NCBI GenBank assembly: GCA_036556085.1
Contig: DATBKE010000123.1
Coordinates: 6,171-70,170 of the forward strand
Reading direction: 5' to 3'
From: Acidimicrobiia bacterium
Lineage (GTDB): Bacteria; Actinomycetota; Acidimicrobiia; Spongiisociales; ZC4RG35
Length of the DNA: 64,000 nt
The notes beneath the pieces are model-generated. The model saw nothing but the letters and a program-made list of their open reading frames with translations. It did not search any database and was not told where the DNA came from. A program made the translations under genes and the position numbers. Shown here piece by piece: positions 27,840 through 37,814 of this stretch (positions are counted from its first letter, which is position 1; every line of letters begins with the position of its first letter).

Positions 27840-28237
27840 TAGTTGCTCCTAACTGTTTTGACAGAATCAAGCTCTGATCCTGCATTGACCAGGGTTCGAT
27901 AGAGGTCAAGCAGCACCTGCTTCTGGCGGGGGGTCAACGCCGGGTCCTCGGTGATGGCCTCGACGACACTGGGCCGCTCGGGCCCTTCCTCGATCAGACC
28001 AGCCTTCGAATAGAGGGACTCGGCAGATATCGAGAGGGCCCGCGAGATCCGCTTGAGAATCTCGGCGGAGGGCTTGCGCAAGCCCCGTTCGACCTGGCTC
28101 AGATAGGGGTTGGAGACCCCCGCCCGTTCGGCCAGACGCCGTAGCGAGAGATCGGCTCGCTCCCGCTGGGAGCGGATGAACTCGCCGACGTGAGAGCCGA
28201 TCGGGACCGACTGCTTGCTTTCACTCACAGGTTGCAT
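27839..28237 (-). CDS. XRE-family helix-turn-helix transcriptional regulator
   Basis: ...LSLRRLAERAGVSNPYLSQVERGLRKPSAEILKRISRAL... is a classic HTH_3. I prefer ATG 28237 over the TTG 28264 used by the track. Confidence 0.85.
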   Translation of the reverse strand: MQPVSESKQSVPIGSHVGEFIRSQRERADLSLRRLAERAGVSNPYLSQVERGLRKPSAEILKRISRALSISAESLYSKAGLIEEGPERPSVVEAITEDPALTPRQKQVLLDLYRTLVNAGSELDSVKTVRSN

Positions 28238-28279
28238 GCTATAGCAAGCGTATAACTTCTGCAAGCAGTGAGCAAGCAG
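28211..28279. promoter_or_regulatory. cluster of GCAAGC(AG) motifs forming a long inverted repeat across the XRE start
   Basis: CTGCTTGCTTTCACT (28211-28225) is the near reverse complement of AGTGAGCAAGCAG (28267-28279). Additional GCAAGC copies lie at 28244-28249 and 28261-28268. Confidence 0.35.
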
Positions 28280-28280
28280 C

Positions 28281-28997
28281 TCAGGCGGGGGGCGTTATCC
28301 CCACCAGGCGTCCGACGCCAAAGGCTGCCAGGGCCCCGACACCGGCGATTATCAGGTTCTGGAATCCAGCCGCCCAAGGGTTGGTCCGGGTGACGAAGGT
28401 CTTCACTATTCCAACCGCAAAAAGGCATAACCCGGCGGCGATCGCGGCCACCACCACACCGGTCGTGCGGCTGATCGGGAGGAGAAATGGCACCACGGCC
28501 GGGATCGAGCCCGCCAGGAACAAGCCTCCAGAGGCCCAGGCGGCCGACATCGGTGAGCGACGCTCGGTATCAACGACGCCGAACTCGAGCACCTTCATCG
28601 AATTCAAAAGCACTTCGTCGTCGCGGGTCAAGGCCTTCACCACGGTGTCGATGTCGGATTCGCTGACGCCGACCTCGCGCAGCATCGGATACAGCTGATC
28701 GACTTCCTGTTGACGGAAATGCTTGATGTGAGTGCGTTCCAGGGCGAGCTCGGACTCCATGACCTCGTCTTGGGATTTGGTCGCCAGGTACTCGCCCGTG
28801 GCCATCGACACTGCCCCTGCCAGAGCCCCCGCCACGCCGGTGAGAACAATCTGCTCGCGATCCAGCCCCCCGCCGACGACGCCGACCACCAGCAACAACA
28901 TCGACACCAGTCCGTCGTTGATCCCGAGGACGATGTCGCGCCAGTACTGCCGGGACGCCCCGACGTGTTCCTCGTATACGACTGGCTGTGTCTTCAC
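28281..28997 (-). CDS. VIT1/CCC1-family iron/manganese transporter
   Basis: ...RQYWRDIVLGINDGLVSMLLLVVGVVGGGL... and a C-terminal TM bundle typical of the VIT family. GTG start. Confidence 0.8.
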   Translation of the reverse strand: MKTQPVVYEEHVGASRQYWRDIVLGINDGLVSMLLLVVGVVGGGLDREQIVLTGVAGALAGAVSMATGEYLATKSQDEVMESELALERTHIKHFRQQEVDQLYPMLREVGVSESDIDTVVKALTRDDEVLLNSMKVLEFGVVDTERRSPMSAAWASGGLFLAGSIPAVVPFLLPISRTTGVVVAAIAAGLCLFAVGIVKTFVTRTNPWAAGFQNLIIAGVGALAAFGVGRLVGITPPA

Positions 28998-29028
28998 CGC
29001 TTAGAACCTACTCTTCTCGGCAAAGCAA

Positions 29029-30051
29029 GTGTCTTCGATGATCATTGTCATGCGCCGCCAAGCCAGCTCAGCCGATGTTGCCGGGGTCGTGGCGCGGCTG
29101 GCCGAGATCGGGTGCGAGGCCCACGTCTCGGCCGGACAGTTCCGGACTGTGATCGGAGCGATCGGAGATCGGGAGGTGATCTCGACGCTTCCGTGGGAAG
29201 CAATGCCCGGAGTGGAGAAGGCGGTTCCGGTCCTCAAATCCTTCCGCTTTGTCTCGCGCGACTTCCAGGAGGAGGACACCGTCATCGAAGTGGGCGAGGT
29301 CTCCCTCGGGGGCGGTTCCTTCACAGCCGTGGCAGGACCATGCGCGGTCGAGTCGCGCGAGCAGTTGCTTCGCACAGCCGAGGCCGTTTCCGCCGCCGGA
29401 GCGCGGATCTTGCGGGGCGATGCCTTCAAACCTCGCACCTCGCCCTACTCCTTTCAGGGCTTGGGCGAGGAGGGCCTCACGTATCTGGCGGAAGCGCGGG
29501 AGAAATTCGGGTTGCCCTTCGTGGCCGAGGTGCTCGACTCTCGTGACGTAGGGCTGGTCTCGTCCTACGCCGACATCATCCGCATCGGCACCCGCAACAT
29601 GTCGAACTACTCGTTGCTGGCCGAAGTGGGCCGCCAACCGAAGCCGGTCATGTTGAAGCGCGGGTTCACGGCCACGCTCGAGGAATGGCTGAATGCCGCC
29701 GAGTACATCTACAAGGAAGGCAATCATCAGATCATGCTGGTGGAGCGCGGCATCCGCACGTTCGAGACCGCTTCTCGTAACACTCTCGACATCACCGCGG
29801 TTCCGCTTGTCAAGACGATGTCGCACCTGCCGATCCTGATCGACCCTTCCCACTCGGGGGGCAGGCGGGAACTGGTCGCACCCCTCGCCCGGGCGGCGGT
29901 GGGAGCGGGAGCCGATGGGATCATGGTCGACGTCCATCCGGCTCCCGACACGGCAAAAGTCGATGGTGCCCAGGCTTTGCTTCCCAGCGAGTTCGCCGAC
30001 CTGATGGAGTCCGTGCGGGCCCTCGCCGGAGTGCTCGGGCTGAAGACCTGA
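29029..30051 (+). CDS. 3-deoxy-7-phosphoheptulonate (DAHP) synthase, type I-beta with an N-terminal ferredoxin-like regulatory domain
   Basis: ...FTAVAGPCAVESREQ...RGDAFKPRTSPYSFQGLGEEGL...IDPSHSGGRRE... The start could be GTG 29029 or ATG 29038. Confidence 0.85.
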   Translation: MSSMIIVMRRQASSADVAGVVARLAEIGCEAHVSAGQFRTVIGAIGDREVISTLPWEAMPGVEKAVPVLKSFRFVSRDFQEEDTVIEVGEVSLGGGSFTAVAGPCAVESREQLLRTAEAVSAAGARILRGDAFKPRTSPYSFQGLGEEGLTYLAEAREKFGLPFVAEVLDSRDVGLVSSYADIIRIGTRNMSNYSLLAEVGRQPKPVMLKRGFTATLEEWLNAAEYIYKEGNHQIMLVERGIRTFETASRNTLDITAVPLVKTMSHLPILIDPSHSGGRRELVAPLARAAVGAGADGIMVDVHPAPDTAKVDGAQALLPSEFADLMESVRALAGVLGLKT

Positions 30052-30054
30052 CAG

Positions 30055-31071
30055 ATGCCGAAGGCAGCGGTGCTGGGCACCGGACTGATCGGTGCCTCGA
30101 TCGGCATCGCCCTCCGGCGTTTGGGTTGGTCGGTGGTCGGCTGGGATCCTGACGCGGCCGCGCTCCAAACTGCAGCCACCGTCGGTGCTCTTGATGAGAT
30201 GCTGGCCCACGCTGCCGAGGCCGAATCGACCGACTTGATCGTGCTGGCGGGTCCGCCGGCGGCGATCGAGGAAACCCTGGCCAGCCTGAAGACCGATGTC
30301 CTCGTCACCGATGTGGCGGGGGTGAAATCCCCGCTGGTGATCGCTGGGAGCCATCTCCGTCGCTATGTGGGTGGACACCCTTTGGCTGGACGGGAAACGT
30401 CCGGCCCGGGCGGGGCCTCGGGGTCACTCTTCCGAGGGGCGACGTGGGTATTGACCACGGATAACGCCGATCCGGCTTCTCTCGACGAGATCAGCGGACT
30501 GGTGTCAAAGCTTGGTGCCATCCCTCTGCATCTCAGCGCGGTCCAGCACGACGAGGCGGTGGCTGCCATCAGTCATCTCCCGCAGGTTTTGGCCTCGGCG
30601 CTCGTCAACCGGGTGGCCCGCGATCCGGGGGCGCTCGACCTCGCTGCCGGCGGCTTTCGCGACCTCACCCGAATCGCCCTTTCCTCCCCGGGCTGGTGGC
30701 CAGATGTCCTGGTCGAGAACAGGGAGCCCTTGGCAGCGAGGCTCCGGGAGCTGGGCGGTGACCTTCTCGCCTGGGCAGACCTCGTGGAGGAGCAGAACCG
30801 TGAACAAATCGGCGCCGCCTTGCTTTCGGCCCGAGCTGCCCGAAGCTCGTTGACTGCTCCCGTTACCTCGATCGGGGTGGTTCTCGAGGATCGTCCGGGG
30901 GAGATTGCCCGCGTTGGTCACGCCCTCGAGGTCTCTGGCGTCGACCTGCGCGACCTCCAACTCCGCCATGCCACCCACGGTGGCGGAGGCGTGCTGACGC
31001 TTTCGGTGCGGGCAGCGGAGGTGGATCTGCTCATCACCACGCTCCGGGCGGAGGGATTCGACCTGATCTAG
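30055..31071 (+). CDS. tyrA: prephenate dehydrogenase with a C-terminal ACT domain
   Basis: AAVLGTGLIGASIG dinucleotide fold, ...GGHPLAGRE..., and an ACT-like C-terminal tail (IGVVLEDRPGEIARV). Confidence 0.8.
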   Translation: MPKAAVLGTGLIGASIGIALRRLGWSVVGWDPDAAALQTAATVGALDEMLAHAAEAESTDLIVLAGPPAAIEETLASLKTDVLVTDVAGVKSPLVIAGSHLRRYVGGHPLAGRETSGPGGASGSLFRGATWVLTTDNADPASLDEISGLVSKLGAIPLHLSAVQHDEAVAAISHLPQVLASALVNRVARDPGALDLAAGGFRDLTRIALSSPGWWPDVLVENREPLAARLRELGGDLLAWADLVEEQNREQIGAALLSARAARSSLTAPVTSIGVVLEDRPGEIARVGHALEVSGVDLRDLQLRHATHGGGGVLTLSVRAAEVDLLITTLRAEGFDLI

Positions 31072-32231
31072 ATCGCGAGGAGCGATGCCATCCCGGCCAG
31101 CAGACCTACTTCGACGGCTCCTTCGTCGGCACGGAACGAGGCCGAGTGGAGGTCCACCGAGCGTTCGCCCCGGGTCTTGACTCCCAAACGCATCAAGGCT
31201 CCCGGCACTGCTTCAGTGAACGCCGAGAAGTCCTCCGCCCCCATCGAGCTCTCCGCCTCAACGATGCTCGACACGCCGAGAGAGTGACTGACGGCTTCGC
31301 GGCAGGCGGCAACAACATCCGGATTGTTGATCACTGGAGGAACACCCCGGACATACTTGAACACGACCTTGGCCCCGGTGGGAGCGGCGATCTCGTGGAC
31401 CAATCGCTCGATGAGACTCGGGATTTCTTCCCAGAGGCCACGGTCGAGGGTGCGGCAGGTCCCAGAAAGCTCCACTTTGGTGGGGATCACGTTCTCGGCG
31501 CTGCCTCCCGAGATCGTCCCGAACACCACCGCCTTCGGGAGACGGGCGTCGGTGTGACGATCAATGAAACCTGGTAGCTGGGATACCAAAACCCCCGAGG
31601 CAAACACCAGATCGACCGTTCGGTGAGGTCGAGCTGTATGTCCTCCCGGACCCTCCAGCGTGACGAAAAAGCGATCGGCGGAGGCCGTTATGGGTCCCGA
31701 CCGCATCCCCACCTTTCCCACCTCCAAGCTCGGGTCGCAGTGAAAGGCAACGATGGCGGCCAGCTCGTCGGCAGCCCCTTCTGCCACCATCTCTTGTCCT
31801 CCTCCTGGAAAGGCCTCCTCAGCCGGTTGGAAGACGAAGCGGATCCGACGATCGAGCTCGAGCCGGGCCGCCACCAGGGCCAGCCCGGCACCGATGGCAG
31901 TATGAACGTCGTGGCCACACGCGTGCATGACGCCCGCAATTTCGGAACGGTGCTCCAGTCCTTCCGGCTCCTGAATGGGCAAGGCGTCGATATCGCTGCG
32001 AAAGCCGACCAGATGCTCACCCTTTCCCACCTCGACCACGAGCCCGGTGCGCGGGGTCCGGGATCGCGGTTGCAGTCCCGCTTCACTAAGACGGGTTTGG
32101 ATCAGCTCGGTCGTGGCCACCTCGCGGTATGCCAGTTCCGGACGTCGATGCAGCTGACGACGCATCTCCATCACCTCGGGGAGGAGCTCGGCGACCGCAG
32201 CCCGAACGTGACCGAAGTCGGGGGCTGTCAT
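31068..32231 (-). CDS. M20-family amidohydrolase (N-acyl-amino-acid / hippurate hydrolase-like)
   Basis: ...MHACGHDVHTAIG...FQPAEE... are motifs of the M20D subgroup. 387 aa. Confidence 0.8.
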   Translation of the reverse strand: MTAPDFGHVRAAVAELLPEVMEMRRQLHRRPELAYREVATTELIQTRLSEAGLQPRSRTPRTGLVVEVGKGEHLVGFRSDIDALPIQEPEGLEHRSEIAGVMHACGHDVHTAIGAGLALVAARLELDRRIRFVFQPAEEAFPGGGQEMVAEGAADELAAIVAFHCDPSLEVGKVGMRSGPITASADRFFVTLEGPGGHTARPHRTVDLVFASGVLVSQLPGFIDRHTDARLPKAVVFGTISGGSAENVIPTKVELSGTCRTLDRGLWEEIPSLIERLVHEIAAPTGAKVVFKYVRGVPPVINNPDVVAACREAVSHSLGVSSIVEAESSMGAEDFSAFTEAVPGALMRLGVKTRGERSVDLHSASFRADEGAVEVGLLAGMASLLAI

Positions 32232-32257
32232 CTGGCGGGGAGGTTAGCTCAGGGGGG

Positions 32258-35050
32258 TTAGTCCTCGAAGAAGGACTTCTCGAAGAGCCGGCGTGACCGA
32301 CGGGTCATAGCTCGATACTCCTCTCGCAACTCGCCCCGATGGCGATACCCGAGTGAGCGCGCCAAGCGGGAGAGCACGGACCCGTCAATCGGGAGAGCAT
32401 CGTGGGGCGTAGCCGTCTGCAGGTAGAGACGGTTTCGGATCCTTGAGCATAGGCGGTAGGTCGCTTGCAGGTGGTCGGCGTCGGATGCGGAGAGAACGCC
32501 TTCGTCGCTTAGGGCATCGAGCGCCTCCAAAGTGGAGGTCGTCTGCAGATGTGGCTTCCCCCGCCCGATGCGAAGTTGCCAGAGCTGGACCAGAAACTCG
32601 ATATCCGAAAGGCCCCCAGGTCCGAGCTTGAGATGGAACTCGGGATTCCGAGGGAGCCGTTCCTTCTCGATCCTCGCCTTCACGTGGCGCACCGCCCGCA
32701 CTGCCTCGGTTCCGATCGCAAACGGAAAGGCGTATTCCTCCCTGATGGCCGAAAATTCTGAGGTCAACGCCGTCGGTCCCGCCACTGGACGGGCTTTGAT
32801 CAGAGCGATTCGCTCCCAGGGCTCGGCACGCAACTCGTAATACAGACGGAAGGCCTCCAGGCTGCGGACCAGGGCACCCTTCCGGCCTTCTGGGCGCAGG
32901 TCGGGGTCGACCTGGTACGTCACGCCATCGGACGTGGGCTGGCTGAGGACTGCCGCGAACTCGGTGGCCACCCGCAGGCTCTCCAATGCTTCCTCGCCGG
33001 GGGGACCGACGTACATCAGATCGAGGTCGGAGGAGTATCCGAGCTCGTGGCCGCCCCACTTTCCCATCGCCACCACCGCCAGGTCGGCAGGGCGATCGAG
33101 GCTCTCCTGGGCAGTCCAGAGGGCGGCGCTGGTCGCGGCATCTGCGGTGTCGGAGAGGGACGAGGACACTGTCTCAACATCGGCCAGCTCGAGCAGATCG
33201 GCCGCCGCCACGCGAAGCACGCGGCGGCGCACGAAACGGCGCAGCGAGCCCATCCGGGCCTCGGTTCCGTCGCGGAGCTTCATCCGGTCGAGGGCGACGG
33301 CGGTGACGGCTTCGCCATGGGGGAGATCGGTGAGGAGCCGATCGTCGGCCAAACGAGGCAGGAATTCAGGGAGCCGGTCAAGGAAGCGGCCGATCAATCT
33401 CGACGATCCCAGCAAGTGGCAAAGCCGCTGGGCGGCGACGGGCCGGTCCCTGACTGTCCCGGTCAACTCGGCTTGATCGGGACTGGCCTCAACCAGCTTC
33501 ACCAGCTGGTTGAGACCGAGGTCGGGATCAGGGGAGTCGGCCAGCCAGTCGAGCATCAATGGCAGCAGTTGCTGCATCATCGCCGAACGCCGCGAGAGGC
33601 CGGCAGTGAGAGTCTCGAAGGCGTTGGCGGCTCCGGGCACGTCGACGAAGCCCAATGCCTCCAGGCGCTCTTTGGCCTTGCTGCGGTCGAGGCCCAGGGC
33701 GGAGGCTGAAGAGAAGGCTTCGAGCAGAGGTCGGTAATAGAGCGCTTCATGGAGCTCTCGCACTCGCCGGCGGTGGAATGCGAGGTTGTCATTGAATTGC
33801 TCCACCGCGGTCCGCGCCGCCGCTCGATATCCCAGCGAGAGCGACAGCGGCTCCCTGTCGATAGGAATGCGATGGGTTTGGCTCATCTGCCAGAGCTGAA
33901 GCCGGTGTTCGACGGTGCGCAGGAATCGATAGGAGTCGGCCAGGGCGTCTGCGTCGTCGGCACGGACATAGTCGCCGGCAGACAGGGCCGTCAACGCTTC
34001 GAGCGTGCCCGGCACTCGCAAGCTGTGATCGGCCCGGCCGTGAATCAGCTGCAGGAGCTGGACAGTGAATTCGACGTCACGGATGCCACCGGGGGCTCTT
34101 TTGATGTCATCGGGATGGGCCTCCTCCTCGGCGCGCTGCTTGAGCTGTCGAAGTTCTCGAACCGCATCGGGCGCCAGCTCTTCGGGCCAGACGAATCCGG
34201 ACATCGTGGTTATGAAGCTCTCCCCGAGTTGGCGGTCACCGGCGGCAGCCCGGGCCTTGAGCAGCGCTTGTGACTCCCAAGGCTCTCCCCATTTTTCGTA
34301 GTACGACCGATACCCCTCGAGAGTGCGCACCAATGGCCCGGTCGATCCTTCCGGCCGAAGCCCGGCATCGACGCGAAAAGCGATTCCTTCAGAGGTGGGA
34401 GCGGCCAGAGCTTCGATGAACCCGGTGGCGACGCGGAGGGCAAGCCGGCGATCTCGCTCCGGCTCTTCACGTTGTTCATAAACGAAGACGAGATCGATGT
34501 CCGAGGCGTAATTGAGCTCCCGGCCTCCCCACTTGCCGAGGGCTATTACCGCGATTGGCGGGAGCGACTGGTCGGGCTGGCGTCTGCCGACTTCGTTGGT
34601 GGCGGTCTGCAAAGCAAGTGAAGCTGCCGAATCGGCGACTTCGGTCAAACGAACCGTGGTCGCTTCCAGTCCGGCGCCATTGGCCAAATCGTCTCGGGCA
34701 ATGGCGACGAGGCTCCTCTGCACGAGCACCCGCGGGTCTGCGGAGTGGCTCGTACCGGCATCTAACCACTCGGGATGACGCAGCAATGCCTCCCAGAGTC
34801 CGCGGCTCGCGGCGGCGAGAGCTACGAGTGAAGGGGCGTCGGCCGAAGCGGGGTCAAAGTGCGTTCGCTCGGCCAAAGCGAGCAGTCGATTCAATGTTCC
34901 CGTGGGATCAGGGCCCGAGATCACAATGCGGAGAATCTCCTCGGCCGCAGGTGTCACTTCGCCGTCGACGATCCAGCCCAGTGCTTCGAGACGGGGCTGC
35001 TGCTCGGCGCCGACGCCGAGGCGGGCTGGTGACCGCATCCGATGTGGCAT
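32258..35050 (-). CDS. glnE: bifunctional glutamine synthetase adenylyltransferase/adenylyl-removing enzyme
   Basis: 930 aa with two nucleotidyltransferase halves: ...GKWGGRELNYASDIDLVFVY... and ...GKWGGHELGYSSDLDLMYV... Confidence 0.9.
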   Translation of the reverse strand: MPHRMRSPARLGVGAEQQPRLEALGWIVDGEVTPAAEEILRIVISGPDPTGTLNRLLALAERTHFDPASADAPSLVALAAASRGLWEALLRHPEWLDAGTSHSADPRVLVQRSLVAIARDDLANGAGLEATTVRLTEVADSAASLALQTATNEVGRRQPDQSLPPIAVIALGKWGGRELNYASDIDLVFVYEQREEPERDRRLALRVATGFIEALAAPTSEGIAFRVDAGLRPEGSTGPLVRTLEGYRSYYEKWGEPWESQALLKARAAAGDRQLGESFITTMSGFVWPEELAPDAVRELRQLKQRAEEEAHPDDIKRAPGGIRDVEFTVQLLQLIHGRADHSLRVPGTLEALTALSAGDYVRADDADALADSYRFLRTVEHRLQLWQMSQTHRIPIDREPLSLSLGYRAAARTAVEQFNDNLAFHRRRVRELHEALYYRPLLEAFSSASALGLDRSKAKERLEALGFVDVPGAANAFETLTAGLSRRSAMMQQLLPLMLDWLADSPDPDLGLNQLVKLVEASPDQAELTGTVRDRPVAAQRLCHLLGSSRLIGRFLDRLPEFLPRLADDRLLTDLPHGEAVTAVALDRMKLRDGTEARMGSLRRFVRRRVLRVAAADLLELADVETVSSSLSDTADAATSAALWTAQESLDRPADLAVVAMGKWGGHELGYSSDLDLMYVGPPGEEALESLRVATEFAAVLSQPTSDGVTYQVDPDLRPEGRKGALVRSLEAFRLYYELRAEPWERIALIKARPVAGPTALTSEFSAIREEYAFPFAIGTEAVRAVRHVKARIEKERLPRNPEFHLKLGPGGLSDIEFLVQLWQLRIGRGKPHLQTTSTLEALDALSDEGVLSASDADHLQATYRLCSRIRNRLYLQTATPHDALPIDGSVLSRLARSLGYRHRGELREEYRAMTRRSRRLFEKSFFED

Positions 35051-35088
35051 CTACTCGTTCCCCATCATGCCGTAGTCTCAGAAACTGC

Positions 35089-36726
35089 ATGCGAATCGCC
35101 GGTGCCCAGGTCAACCTTCGTGTCGGAGATTTGGACGGCAACGAGGAACTCATCTCCGACTGCATGGCGTGGGCCGAAGAGGGAGGGGCGGATGTCCTTC
35201 TGCTCCCCGAACTCGCCGTAACGGGATACCCGCCCGAGGACCTGGTTCTGCGGATGGCATTTGTCGAGGACAACCTCGACGTCATCCGACGTCTCGCCGC
35301 TCGCTCCGGTAGGTGCACCAGCGTCGTTGGATTTGTCGACCTCGGCTCAGGGGGCGTGGGAAGCGGGGGAGCGGACGCGGCTCGGCGCAGTGTCTACAAC
35401 GCCGCGGCCGTTCTCCAGGGTGGGGAGTGGCGGGCTACCTATCACAAGATCCTCCTCCCCAACTACGGAGTCTTCGACGAGGATCGCTACTTCCTGGTGG
35501 GCCAGAAGCCGGATTTCGTCTGGGACATTGCGGGCGTACGAGCTGGGATTTCAATTTGCGAAGACATCTGGGTTCCCGACGGACCTCCCCTTCAACAAGC
35601 CCGAGCCGGCGCCCGGATTCTTCTCAACATCAATGGCTCTCCTTATCACTACGGCAAGGCTCACGAGCGGGAGTCGATGCTGGCTGCAAGGGCGAAGGCG
35701 TCGGGGGTTCCGGTGGTCTATCTGAACCTTGTCGGAGGTCAGGACGAGCTGGTTTTCGACGGCTGTTCGGTAGTAATCGATCAGCGTGGAGTTGTTATCC
35801 ACCGATCTCCGCAGTTCGCGGAGGATCGATTCTTCCTCGACCTCGATGACGACCTCACCGGCCGGGGAACAGTGGCGCCGCTCTTGGATGCGGAAGAGGA
35901 GGTGTACCGGGCGTTGCAGCTCGGCCTGACCGACTACGTCCGCCGGAACGGCTTTGATCGAGTGGTGATCGGCCTTTCGGGGGGGATCGACTCGGCTTTG
36001 ACCGCGGCCATTGCCACTGATGCTCTCGGTTCCGATGGTGTGTGGGGGGTAGCGATGCCGACGAAATTCAGCTCCGATCATTCGATCAGCGACGCTGTCG
36101 ATCTCGCCAAGCGATTGGGAATCCAGTTTGATGTTGTGCCGATCCAGTCAGTCTTTGACGATTACCTCAACGTTCTCAATCCGCTATTCGGTGACGAGCC
36201 CTTCGGCGTAGCCGAGGAAAATCTTCAGGCTCGCATCCGGGGGGCCATGCTGATGGCTATCTCGAATCGGTTCGGACCGATGGTGGTGGCCACCGGGAAC
36301 AAATCTGAGATGGCTGTCGGCTACTCCACCATTTATGGCGACATGGTCGGGGGCTTTTCAGTCCTCAAGGACGTTTTCAAGACCACCGTCTACAACCTCG
36401 CCCGTTGGCGAAACCTGGCGAGCGAGGTGATTCCACCCAGCAGCATCGACAAGCCGCCTTCTGCCGAGCTTCGGCCCAACCAGAAGGACTCGGACAGCCT
36501 CCCGCCCTACGAGCAACTGGACCCGATCCTCCGGCTCTATATCGAAGATGATCGTGGAGTCGAAGACATCATCGCAGCCGGCCATGACCAAGACATCGTT
36601 CGTCGCATCACCCGGCTGGTCGACCGTAACGAGTACAAGCGACGCCAGGCGGCGCCTGGAGTCAAGATCACCACCAAGGCGTTTGGGCGTGATCGTCGCC
36701 TCCCTATCACCAACGGTTATAGATGA
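35089..36726 (+). CDS. nadE: glutamine-dependent NAD+ synthetase
   Basis: N-terminal C-N hydrolase domain (MRIAGAQVNLRVGDL...) and C-terminal synthetase domain with GLSGGIDSA. The track ORF from 34555 was trimmed because its 5' part is antisense to glnE. Confidence 0.9.
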   Translation: MRIAGAQVNLRVGDLDGNEELISDCMAWAEEGGADVLLLPELAVTGYPPEDLVLRMAFVEDNLDVIRRLAARSGRCTSVVGFVDLGSGGVGSGGADAARRSVYNAAAVLQGGEWRATYHKILLPNYGVFDEDRYFLVGQKPDFVWDIAGVRAGISICEDIWVPDGPPLQQARAGARILLNINGSPYHYGKAHERESMLAARAKASGVPVVYLNLVGGQDELVFDGCSVVIDQRGVVIHRSPQFAEDRFFLDLDDDLTGRGTVAPLLDAEEEVYRALQLGLTDYVRRNGFDRVVIGLSGGIDSALTAAIATDALGSDGVWGVAMPTKFSSDHSISDAVDLAKRLGIQFDVVPIQSVFDDYLNVLNPLFGDEPFGVAEENLQARIRGAMLMAISNRFGPMVVATGNKSEMAVGYSTIYGDMVGGFSVLKDVFKTTVYNLARWRNLASEVIPPSSIDKPPSAELRPNQKDSDSLPPYEQLDPILRLYIEDDRGVEDIIAAGHDQDIVRRITRLVDRNEYKRRQAAPGVKITTKAFGRDRRLPITNGYR

Positions 36727-37532
36727 CGGCGTTGATCGATGGGGTCCGCCAGGAAGCGATCTCGGTCTTCGACGAGGGTCTGCTCCGAGGCGATGGCTGC
36801 TTTGAAGCGATTCGGTCTTATGCAGGCTCCCCTTTCGCCTTCACTCCTCACTACGAGCGCCTGGCCCGGTCGGCGGTGGCACTCGAGATCCCTTGCCCGC
36901 CGGAGCCACAATTGCGAGCCTGGGTAGAGGAGATGGCGGGCGAGGGCAGCGACTGCATTGTCCGGATAATCCTCACCCGGGGCTCGGCTGGTCGTCTCCC
37001 CAGTCGATGCGTCGTGATCTGGCAGCCGTTAGCACCCGCAGCCGCCGAGCTGCGACTACTTCCAGTGGCTGCCCCGTGGCACCCGGGGGGACAGCATTGG
37101 GAGCTAACCGGTGTCAAGACGATCTCGTACGCTCCCAACATGGCTGCCAGCCGAGTGGCGCGCTCTGGCGGCTTCGATGATGCCCTCCTCATATCAAGGG
37201 ACGGATTCGTCCTGGAAGGACCAACGTTCGGGGTGGCTTGGACTCGCAACGGTGTGATCGAGACTCCCTCGCTCGACCTTGGAATCCTCGACTCCGTCAC
37301 CAGCCGCCTTCTCCTCAGTGCAGCCGTTGCCGATGGTCAACGAGTCGTTAACGGGAGATTTTCCCTCTCGGAAATGGCGGATGCGAGCGAAGTGGTCGCC
37401 ATGTCGACGGTCAAGGAAGTTACTGCGGTCGTAACCGTCGGTGAGAGCCGGTATTCCCCGGGTGACCTGACTGAATACCTGCGAAGCTTGTATCGGGATC
37501 TGGTCAAGCAAAACGAAAGGGTGCGAACCTGA
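36723..37532 (+). CDS. class IV aminotransferase (branched-chain amino acid aminotransferase / ADC lyase-like)
   Basis: ATGA overlap with the nadE stop. ...DEGLLRGDGCFEAIRSY... is a typical fold-type IV N-terminus. 269 aa. Confidence 0.75.
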   Translation: MTALIDGVRQEAISVFDEGLLRGDGCFEAIRSYAGSPFAFTPHYERLARSAVALEIPCPPEPQLRAWVEEMAGEGSDCIVRIILTRGSAGRLPSRCVVIWQPLAPAAAELRLLPVAAPWHPGGQHWELTGVKTISYAPNMAASRVARSGGFDDALLISRDGFVLEGPTFGVAWTRNGVIETPSLDLGILDSVTSRLLLSAAVADGQRVVNGRFSLSEMADASEVVAMSTVKEVTAVVTVGESRYSPGDLTEYLRSLYRDLVKQNERVRT

Positions 37533-37548
37533 GTTCACACCCTTTCGT
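37513..37548. terminator. bidirectional stem-loop between convergent genes
   Basis: ACGAAAGGGTGCGAAC-ctga-GTTCACACCCTTTCGT: a 16-bp stem with one mismatch. The loop contains the TGA stop at 37530-37532. No long T-tract follows. Confidence 0.55.
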
Positions 37549-37562
37549 CGAGGAGAAATTCT

Positions 37563-37790
37563 CTACGAGAACCAGTCGCGGAGCTTGCGCTCTATGGCGT
37601 CCGTGGTCTCGCCAGTCTTCTCCTTGATTTTGCCGACGAGCTGGTCCCAGTTGCCGTGGGTCTCATCGAGGTCATCATCTGTGATCTCGCCCCAGGTCTC
37701 CCGAATCTTGCCCCGGGCCTGGTCCCAGCGTCCTTCGTCAATCATCTGGCCGCTCCAGTCTCCGGTGCGGCTCATGGCATCGCGATCCAT
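37563..37790 (-). CDS. CsbD-family general stress protein
   Basis: ...GKIRETWGEITDDDLDETHGNWDQLVGKIKEKTGETTDAIERKL... is a textbook CsbD repeat. Confidence 0.85.
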   Translation of the reverse strand: MDRDAMSRTGDWSGQMIDEGRWDQARGKIRETWGEITDDDLDETHGNWDQLVGKIKEKTGETTDAIERKLRDWFS

Positions 37791-37814
37791 GATGTCTCCT
37801 TCCCCCTGTGGGTC

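Noticed and set aside
28988-29037. Direct repeat GTGTCTTC at 28988-28995 and 29029-29036, flanking the VIT1/DAHP-synthase divergent gap.
   Set aside because: Each copy overlaps a start-codon region: the reverse complement of the VIT1 start and the DAHP synthase GTG. At 8 bp it is short enough to be coincidental.
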